Virus record (IMG/VR): IMGVR_UViG_3300021081_000002
Location: 1 to 57,647 of that record
Reading direction: 5' to 3' (one strand)
Origin: a virus
Lineage: Duplodnaviria; Caudoviricetes
DNA: 57,647 nucleotides
Of this stretch, positions 9,373-16,408 are shown one piece after another. The position numbers and the translations under genes were made by a program. Each line of letters opens with the position of its first letter. The first letter of the stretch is position 1. Under the pieces are notes generated by a model. That model did not search any database. It was not told the origin of the DNA and saw only the letters and a program-made list of their open reading frames with translations.

Positions 9373-10048
9373 TGATCAGCTCCAGGGTAGCTTCGCGGTT
9401 AAGGTAGGCGGCGTTGTAACGGTGGAGGATTTCGACATCTTCCGGCTCCCAGTCGAGGGTTAGTTTGCCGGTAGGGTCCGCACGGTCGTGATAGAGGCAC
9501 ATCAGCACCCCGGGATGAAACACCGGTTGACCGACTAGCGTATGAGCGGCGTTAATCATCGCTCTGTCCTCACAACCCCAACCCCTCAGCCTTGAGTCTT
9601 GTCCACCTGCAAGCCACCATACGTCAGGTCGACAAACCCAAATTCCTCCCTGAGAAGGTCCTGCTCGGCAGATTGCTCGGTTTCGGAGCTGAGAAAGATT
9701 TGATCCTCCGGCGATATTGTGGATCGCTTTCGGCGACATCTCCCACACCTCATTGAAAGGGAAATGGAGAAGGTAGTCTTCAGACTGAATAGCATCTCTC
9801 AACGCCCTTTCCTCTGGGATGGAGTCAGCGTCGCAGAGGACCACCTTCTCAGCTCCGTAGCTCTCAGCCATCAACACTCCGAGATTTCTCGTCGCAGAGC
9901 GGTTAAAACGGACATAAGATCTGTCATCGGCAACTAAGACGTGATCGAACGGATACATCTCAGAGACGCGGTCCCGAGTGATCTTGAACGGCTCTTCCCG
10001 CGAGCCTGAGTCATCATTCCGGTACAGGAACACGAGAGCAGTCCGCAC
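9257..10048 (-). CDS. Glycosyltransferase, GT-A fold (galactosyltransferase C-terminal type)
   Basis: FNRSATRN, CDADS (DxD), GGQDSRLRGWGCED. Paralogous to 4554-5390. Confidence 0.82.
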   Translation of the reverse strand: MRTALVFLYRNDDSGSREEPFKITRDRVSEMYPFDHVLVADDRSYVRFNRSATRNLGVLMAESYGAEKVVLCDADSIPEERALRDAIQSEDYLLHFPFNEVWEMSPKAIHNIAGGSNLSQLRNRAICRAGPSQGGIWVCRPDVWWLAGGQDSRLRGWGCEDRAMINAAHTLVGQPVFHPGVLMCLYHDRADPTGKLTLDWEPEDVEILHRYNAAYLNREATLELINERADHTGTFQRQAEERCRTLRQFQRYDDGIDRTGDCL

Positions 10049-10187
10049 GGTTCTCCTTAGAGCCTGTTACACAGAGAGGGAGACAGCCCTACGGACTGGA
10101 CGATCACCAGTATCGAGTGACTGGGAATTTACTAGCCGATCCCTCTGTTGCACTCAGTAAGAGCCGCAACAGAGGGAGAGACCGACC

Positions 10188-10421
10188 ATGAACTACTACG
10201 ACCAGACCCCGACCACTTACAGCGCTAAGGAGCGTGGAATCTACTACCTGCTTTGGTGTCTGTTTGGCCTCATCGGAGGCCATCAGTTCTACCTCGGCCG
10301 GAACGGCAGAGCGCTGAGCTACATCTTGACGTTCGCGTGGGGCACCGTCGGTTTGTGGATCGACTTGTTCTCTGCTAGGAACCAGGTCAACCGGTCCAAC
10401 GCCGGAGAGTTCAGGAGTTGA
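10188..10421 (+). CDS. TM2-domain membrane protein
   Basis: YLLWCLFGLIGGHQFYLG...W.IDLF is the TM2 signature. Confidence 0.85.
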   Translation: MNYYDQTPTTYSAKERGIYYLLWCLFGLIGGHQFYLGRNGRALSYILTFAWGTVGLWIDLFSARNQVNRSNAGEFRS

Positions 10422-10422
10422 C

Positions 10423-10518
10423 ATGCTGATCTTCGAAATCGTCGTTTTTGTCGTCGTGACGATAGTCGGGCTGGCTGCTGTCGTTCTGTGGTTGGCCCAC
10501 CACGGCCCAAGGAGCTAA
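10423..10518 (+). CDS. 31-aa single-TM peptide (not in ORF track)
   Basis: MLIFEIVVFVVVTIVGLAAVVLWLAHHGPRS, with an AGGAG RBS, directly after the TM2 gene. Confidence 0.6.
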   Translation: MLIFEIVVFVVVTIVGLAAVVLWLAHHGPRS

Positions 10519-10519
10519 G

Positions 10520-10627
10520 ATGATCGAGATCCTGATTTTTGCCGCAGCGGCGCTGGTCGTACTAGGCGCAGTCGTCGCAGTGGTGGCCTATACCGACTAC
10601 CAGCAGAGGAAGCCATATACGGAGTAA
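10520..10627 (+). CDS. 35-aa single-TM peptide (not in ORF track)
   Basis: MIEILIFAAAALVVLGAVVAVVAYTDYQQRKPYTE, with an AAGGAG RBS. Confidence 0.6.
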   Translation: MIEILIFAAAALVVLGAVVAVVAYTDYQQRKPYTE

Positions 10628-10652
10628 AGTCACACTTCTTCCCGAGGGAGAA

Positions 10653-10728
10653 AAACAGGGGGATTTAGAGAGAGGGCCCGCCGGGGATGGCGGGCCCCTC
10701 TCGTGTCGTCTAAACGTCCCCCTGCTTA
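10653..10728. terminator. Long GC-rich hairpin between convergent units (terminator or small RNA)
   Basis: CAGGGGGA-TTTAGA-GAGAGGGCCCGCC pairs with GGCGGGCCCCTCTC-TCTAAA-TCCCCCTG. A T-run follows on the minus strand. Confidence 0.6.
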
Positions 10729-10754
10729 GACATTAGGTGTCCAGGGCTAAATAT
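10724..10754 (-). promoter_or_regulatory. Conserved intergenic motif, copy 1 (candidate phage-specific promoter)
   Basis: GCTTAnnnATTAGGTGTCCAGGnnnnAATAT is also present at 24035-24065 with the same spacing. Confidence 0.5.
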
Positions 10755-10773
10755 CACCCGAAACTACCACATA

Positions 10774-12813
10774 TTAGACATCTCCAGGGTTGTCCCCGAC
10801 GATCGGGCCAAAGAGGGTGGCGTCGGGGACTTCGTACACCTGGCCGTAGATCCTGGTCAGTTCCGCAACCCTCGCCGGCTCCGCGACCCACCGACGGAAC
10901 TTGTCATCGCCGTCAGCGAGGTAGACGGCAGTTTTACCACTACCCCTGATGAGGGCCTTTCGGAAGGACTTGTTCATCTCACCCTTCGTCGGGCCGCCGG
11001 TTACCACCGGTCGGTCGTTGATCAGAGCCTCGACTCGGAAGATCAGGGCGTTAAAATGGGTTTCGAAGTTAGCGGGCAGTGGCATATCTTCATCATCTCC
11101 TGTAGTGGTGTGGTTCCAGAAATATAGCGGTCCGCCGGTGGTGACGTCGTTGTCGCAGGCAGCACCAAGGACGGTGACGTTATTCTCCACCTGCCTGACG
11201 CTGGCGCGCTTATCGAAGGTAAAGTCGCTCCCACGGAGGTTGACGGTCTCAGCATTCGGACCGGTACCAACTTGACTCTTTAATGACCAGGCATACGCCT
11301 GCCAACCGTCCTGAATCACCCCCTGGTCGAATCCGAGGGAGATAACCCGGTAACCGCCGTAAACCCCGAAGCGGTAGCCAGCGGCGTTAGTCACTGCCCG
11401 CGCGGCGATCTGATATGGCTTCACTTGCCCGTTCCACGCCGACACAGAGACGTCGAAGTCGGCCGAGAAGTAGATAGTACTTCCCGAGGGGTATCCGAGG
11501 GCCCTAGCCTGCTTTACGGCCTCTGTGGCGTCGCTGGTCCCTCCAGCGGCACCCCTGGACTGATCCCCAGCGGTATTTTCCCAGTTCAGCATGATATTAA
11601 CCCCCGCTGCCAGGAGTTGGTCCCTCTCGGCGGCGAGAATGACTTTACCGTTGGGCAGTGGTGCGAGATACCGCGAAACGAAGGTGATCCCGAGGGGTTG
11701 GAGCCCAGAAAGTGGTGTTGGGCGACCCCATGAGTAGTCGAGACCCTTCAATTTCAACCCGACGGTGGGCGGGGGTGTAGGTGGTGGTGGCGGAGGCGGC
11801 AAAATGACTCCTTGGCGAGCTTGGAAAGCGGCGAGTGTCTCTCCCCGCATGATGCTGAGCGTAGCATCCATTGCTAAATACGATCCGCAGTCCTTACGAT
11901 TGAAGGAGATGTGAATGTGCCACAAGTGGCTGGTATCGGAGGTTGTAGTCCGATGAGCACGGAAGTCCCAACCCTCGACGCCGTTGTCATCGTCAGTCTG
12001 GCCGAAGAACTCCTTCATGTACCCCGAACGGGGGTCGTTAGCCTGTCCAGCGGCGAGAAGCCGGTTTGCATATCTCTTGATGGTGGTATAGTCCCCGGCC
12101 TGGGCGTCTGGGAAGGTTAGATCGATAGCACTGGCCCTGTCGGGGCCCGTGCGGTCATCGGCGTGCTGGACGGAGTAGTCACCGGAACTGTTCTGGCTCC
12201 GGGTGTTGTGATAGCCGGGCTTGTTGGCGTAGATCCCGCCGAGCAGGGTACGCGGCTCGACATTGACATCAAACTGCCTCCAGAACCACCACATCGCGTC
12301 TGTGACGTAATTCGGATTGGGGTTGTCACTGATCGCGACGGGAGCGGGGGCCGGAACGGGGACCGATGACGGCGGGGGTGTAGTTTGTACCCTAATGGAC
12401 GCTAACCACTGGTCTGCGAGTGTTGCGCTTGTTGCGAGGTGTACGTGGTTCGCATGCTGTGCCTTCGTCGCGGCGTCGTAGACGTCCGCTACCCTCTGGT
12501 TCTTGACATAGAAGCCGTTGTCCGTGTCGAAGGGGGTCGTATGGATTTCCTCCACGATGTACTTCGAGAACTGGATCAGCCACAGTGCGACGTCTCTCCC
12601 CTTCTCCGGCTGGCCGGTTCCGCCGAAGCCTATGTCGATTGCGACCGCCATACTTCCGCCATACTGGAGATTTCCGCTGTGATAGCTCCCCGGCTCACTT
12701 CGGACCGAGGATGTGATGTAGATGTCGGCCTTACCTGGATAGAATTCGAGAATTTCGAGGAGTTTGCGTCCGATGTCGTTGAGTTGGACGTCACTCCAGA
12801 CGGTGATAGCCAT
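10774..12813 (-). CDS. Endolysin: two zinc-peptidase-like domains plus a DUF1906-type glycoside hydrolase domain
   Basis: YHS...AIDI...HANHVH; YHN...AIDL...HLWHIH; GLDYS...FVSRYL...NWE...IYFSADFD...GVYGG...WQAYAWS; Pro-rich linkers. Start placed at ATG 12813 (GAAGGGA RBS). Confidence 0.85.
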   Translation of the reverse strand: MAITVWSDVQLNDIGRKLLEILEFYPGKADIYITSSVRSEPGSYHSGNLQYGGSMAVAIDIGFGGTGQPEKGRDVALWLIQFSKYIVEEIHTTPFDTDNGFYVKNQRVADVYDAATKAQHANHVHLATSATLADQWLASIRVQTTPPPSSVPVPAPAPVAISDNPNPNYVTDAMWWFWRQFDVNVEPRTLLGGIYANKPGYHNTRSQNSSGDYSVQHADDRTGPDRASAIDLTFPDAQAGDYTTIKRYANRLLAAGQANDPRSGYMKEFFGQTDDDNGVEGWDFRAHRTTTSDTSHLWHIHISFNRKDCGSYLAMDATLSIMRGETLAAFQARQGVILPPPPPPPTPPPTVGLKLKGLDYSWGRPTPLSGLQPLGITFVSRYLAPLPNGKVILAAERDQLLAAGVNIMLNWENTAGDQSRGAAGGTSDATEAVKQARALGYPSGSTIYFSADFDVSVSAWNGQVKPYQIAARAVTNAAGYRFGVYGGYRVISLGFDQGVIQDGWQAYAWSLKSQVGTGPNAETVNLRGSDFTFDKRASVRQVENNVTVLGAACDNDVTTGGPLYFWNHTTTGDDEDMPLPANFETHFNALIFRVEALINDRPVVTGGPTKGEMNKSFRKALIRGSGKTAVYLADGDDKFRRWVAEPARVAELTRIYGQVYEVPDATLFGPIVGDNPGDV

Positions 12814-12875
12814 AGATATGTCCCTTCGGGGCTCTGTCTGCGTCTTGGCGGCGATTTCGGACAAAATGGGGCAAA

Positions 12876-12904
12876 ATTATGGCATCAAGTGCCACATCGA
12901 CCAA
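12876..12904 (-). promoter_or_regulatory. Putative housekeeping-sigma promoter for the lysin/structural arm
   Basis: TTGGTC-17 nt-CATAAT on the minus strand. Confidence 0.45.
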
Positions 12905-12963
12905 TCTACAGGTAGTACAAACTGTTAGAGGCGAAGACGAATAGTGCAGCGACGTTTATCGAT

Positions 12964-13340
12964 GGGGGTACCCCCCCTACCCCACCACCACTAGACACCA
13001 GACACACACCACAGTGGTGGGTACCGGTACCTGGGTACCGGTACCTGTAAGGGATCCCTTATGTGACTCCAGTACCGGTACCTCTAAGGGATCCCTTAGG
13101 GTCCCATATGGAGGGTAGGTACCGGTACCCTACTAAGGGATCCGTTAAGGGATTCCTTAAGGGATCCGTTATAAGGATTGTTATTATGGGTCCTATATCA
13201 TGGGGTAGTAAGGGATCCGTTAATAGGCACCATATGGGTCCCATCGACATCGATATGCGAGGCGACACATATGAGCGATGTGAGAGGTATGTATTATATT
13301 TATTAACAGATCCCTTATTAATATAACAGATCCCTTATGT
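12964..13340. repeat. Array of short palindromes (GGTACCGGTACC and TAAGGGATCC(C/G)TTA families)
   Basis: GGGGGTACCCCC at 12964. GGTACCGGTACC at 13020, 13034 and 13118, core only at 13072. About 8 TAAGGGATCCCTTA-like copies between 13048 and 13338. Confidence 0.9.
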
Positions 13341-13800
13341 ATATGTATAGTATACATACCACTACTATATATATATTATACATATATATAATACATATAT
13401 ATATTATATACATATATATACTATATGTATATATATATACTATATGTGTATGTATATACTACTACTATATATATACTATACATATATATACTACATACAT
13501 ATATGTACCATATACATATACCATATACTAATAGCGTATGTATGTGTGGTATGTATGGTATGTATATACATATACCATATGTGTATAGTGTATATGCACA
13601 TAGCATATGCACATAGCACTAAGAGATATAGCATATGCACATAGCATATGCATGTGCACCATCACGGTAGCGTGATAGGGGTATATAGCACATGCACACC
13701 CTGCACCTGCGACAGCACGTGCACCCCACGCCACATGGCAGGTACGTGCACCCCACACCACAGCACGAGGTGTGCTCCACGCCACACCCACACCACACCC
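13337..13800. repeat. AT-rich TA-type low-complexity tract grading into CATATGCACA / GCACGTG alternating purine-pyrimidine repeats
   Basis: Directly visible. ATAGCATATGCACATAGCA is repeated at about 13600-13650. Confidence 0.9.
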
Positions 13801-13820
13801 CGTCCTCGCCACACCCTGAT

Positions 13821-13849
13821 TTGCATTCAAGCTAGGTGTATGCTAAGCT
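13821..13849 (+). promoter_or_regulatory. Strong early promoter
   Basis: TTGCAT-17 nt-TAAGCT with an extended -10 TGn, at the head of the plus-strand arm. Confidence 0.7.
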
Positions 13850-13855
13850 TGAGAG

Positions 13856-14975
13856 GTAGGGCAAGGAAGACAGAGTTGACAACTGAAGAGGCTAGGTAGA
13901 GGTACTCAGTGAGGTAGTTCACAAACTGATACCCCGGTTGCAGGTCTAGACCCCCTGGAAGTACAGAGGGAATTATCTGAGAGCCACAGTGTTATACCTA
14001 GTAGAGAGCAAAATAGCAAAGGGACACACCGATCGGGTTGAACGAAGATCCAATTGGATGCGAGAGATCCGGTTCGTGACCAAGAGTCCTGATGTACCGA
14101 ATAGAGACAGCGTCCAGCTAATGATGCCAGAGGGTTGCCACCCCGAGCGCGTCATGTGGGTATCGCTTCACAGCGATCAGTACTTTATCTCGTTCCGGCC
14201 CACTACTGGTACACACCAATTAGAGAGTTGTGTGTAGGGTGCGAGGTCATACGCTGTCCAGTGTACGTTGTACGGTTTGAGGGGTCTGTGAAGGTAGTTA
14301 GCCACAGTGCAACAACACGACAACGTACGCGAAACATGAGTCCAGCCACACATGAGCCGGTAGTTAGGCGGGATGCCAGACGGCTAGTCAGTAGTTTGAC
14401 GGGATGTCAGAGGCTAGCGGGACTCAAGGCAGTACGTCCCCTACCATCCAGGGGTTACAGGGATGATGAAGACGTGAGTATGGGTGCGTTCCTTGGCGCT
14501 AGCAAGACGGTTGCCAAGTGGCCTAGTGAGGCTAGGCGACGTACCCAGATCCTCTAAGGAGTTGATCGCTCACGGGCCGGGTACTACGAGGGAGAGTGCC
14601 AACGACCGCACTTAGCACGGATTGAGGAGCCGGTGCTATCTGGGGGGAGGTTGATAGGTGACGTTAACGGACCTATCAGACTGTACCAGGGTAGCAACCT
14701 TGTCCGGAAACGTGGAGAGTGCAAGATCAGCTTCATAGACTGATCATGACACAACAGAGAGACTTAACACATACTTAGCACTTAGCTTCACACTTCGCAC
14801 TACATCGCACATAGAGCACTGGACCCAAACACGGGCGGCAACACTGCTTAGAGGATACGTCGTACGACCACAGACGGGCATTTAGGTAGGCAGTCCTAAT
14901 AGAGGGTAGGTAGTTAGGCAGGATGCCAGACTGGTGTGTCAGGTCATGAGCGGGATGCTCGCGACACACACGATG
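13856..14975 (+). ncRNA. Candidate large structured non-coding RNA / leader
   Basis: No convincing ORF. Many helices with G-U pairs, a three-way junction (14482-14546) and repeated GGA-loop hairpins. Confidence 0.6.
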
Positions 14976-15026
14976 TGCTCACACATACAATCACAACTAG
15001 AAGATAGATCAAGAGAAGGTGAGGTA

Positions 15027-15161
15027 ATGAATAGCATCTGTGGCTACCTGCTAGAACACGCAGAGGCCACAACCGAATTCAAGCTTGAGTGGGTTACCAC
15101 CCCGCTTAGGACCGCCATGGGAGTAATGCATCTAGTCCAGCAAAGTGGTATCCTCGGCTAG
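15027..15161 (+). CDS. Small hypothetical protein (44 aa)
   Basis: ATG preceded by a GAAGGTGAGG RBS-like stretch. Confidence 0.35.
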   Translation: MNSICGYLLEHAEATTEFKLEWVTTPLRTAMGVMHLVQQSGILG

Positions 15162-15198
15162 ATGTACTACTGAGAGGGAGAGGGGGAGGTGTTGCAAG

Positions 15199-15849
15199 AT
15201 GTATACGCTGTTAGTCGTTGGAATCGGGATCGTGGGCGCTCTCCTAGGGTGGATCCTCGGCTATAGAAAGGCAAGCCGACGATCAGAAGATATAGAGAGG
15301 GCTGCCCACCTTGACAAACTAACTGGGCTGTTTGATAGGGCCATCGTCGAAAACGCTATTGATGATGCCACGAAGAGTGGCGTCAACCTCACAATTGGGG
15401 TATGTGACGTCAACGGCCTACATGACATCAACGAGTCCTTGGGGCACGCTGCGGGCGATCAACTGCTCTTAGCCGTGTCTCATCGCTTACTCGACCTTCT
15501 CCCCGAGGGAGAGGGATTGGTGGCAAGAACGGGGGGAGATGAGTTCTGGATTGCAACCTCTCAGTCACCTCAAAGCCTAGTAGATGCGTATACCTCTGAC
15601 ATCGACGGCTTGGCTCACAGGGCCAGTGTCGGAGTTGCATCATCCCCACAAAACGGGTCGCCGAGACACGCTGTCCTCTGTGCAGATCTCGCGATGTACT
15701 CAGCAAAGAGTAGCCACACACCTGCGATGATCTATAACCAGAGCACTATGGGTACGCCTGAAGAGCAGAATGAAGGACTACCGGAGGAGATCAAGTACGA
15801 GCATCGCCATCACGAGCGCCGACAAAAAGAGAGAAGGAAAAGGGCGTGA
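15199..15849 (+). CDS. Membrane-anchored GGDEF-domain protein (putative diguanylate cyclase)
   Basis: N-terminal TM helix, DKLTGLFDR, DVNGLHDINESLGHAAGD, ARTGGDEF, ASVGVA, ADLAMYSAK. GGAGG RBS before ATG 15199. Confidence 0.9.
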   Translation: MYTLLVVGIGIVGALLGWILGYRKASRRSEDIERAAHLDKLTGLFDRAIVENAIDDATKSGVNLTIGVCDVNGLHDINESLGHAAGDQLLLAVSHRLLDLLPEGEGLVARTGGDEFWIATSQSPQSLVDAYTSDIDGLAHRASVGVASSPQNGSPRHAVLCADLAMYSAKSSHTPAMIYNQSTMGTPEEQNEGLPEEIKYEHRHHERRQKERRKRA

Positions 15850-15912
15850 CTACTACACTAGGGATGATCTTGATGCTGGGAATCATATACCCGTTCTTGG
15901 TGTTGTAGCGGA

Positions 15913-16150
15913 TATGGATCCCAACATCACACTCCTACGCATCCGTGAGTTGAGCCATAGGCTTAACAGGACCTACGACGAACTCACCGAGCTAGCTGAG
16001 CTAGTGGAAGAGCTTGATCACTGGATGACCAGAGGTGGCTTCCTTCCGAAAGCATGGGAGCACAAGCCACGAACCAGAGAGTGGTGGGACAAGGTAGCTA
16101 CAGGAGAAGAAGTGGCTACCCCCCGCTACGAGAGGGAGGGGTCACCATGA
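15913..16150 (+). CDS. Hypothetical protein (MDPN...LDHWMTRGGFLPKAW, actinophage type)
   Basis: The motif is familiar from actinophage early genes. Coupled to the next gene by ATGA. Confidence 0.6.
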
Positions 16151-16407
16151 ACGACCTAGCCAACGAGCCATTTGGACCAGACGACGAGTCGCTGCCAGAC
16201 GACGAGCGAGGGGCTGTAGCCCTAAGTCTAGTCCGAGTGTTGACAGAAGCGCTGCTTGACCGTAATCTGACTCAAGACCTCGATGACCAGCACCACATCA
16301 TCAACTACATCGAGCCGTATACCGTCCCACCATTCTCACTTGAGATGAGCATCGCGCTCCAAGCGAATCAGCCTGGCCAGAGTGTTGGCCTCAAGGAGGG
16401 TAACTGA
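16147..16407 (+). CDS. Hypothetical protein
   Basis: GGAGG RBS and ATGA overlap. Confidence 0.55.
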   Translation: MNDLANEPFGPDDESLPDDERGAVALSLVRVLTEALLDRNLTQDLDDQHHIINYIEPYTVPPFSLEMSIALQANQPGQSVGLKEGN

Positions 16408-16408
16408 G

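Noticed and set aside
13020-13340. CRISPR array
   Set aside because: Repeats are 12-14 bp, irregularly spaced, with no unique 30-40 bp spacers. The Cas4-like gene is an ordinary phage exonuclease and no other cas genes were seen.
13059-13899. ORFs rich in Y/I/H/M/C
   Set aside because: They are translations of low-complexity repeats, with no RBS or protein-like composition.
13880-13930. Hammerhead ribozyme (CTGAAGA core)
   Set aside because: No correctly placed GAAA or stem III after the putative stem II.
13973-14969. Short ORFs in the early leader
   Set aside because: No convincing RBS or recognisable motifs. The region is better explained by RNA structure, though translation is not excluded.
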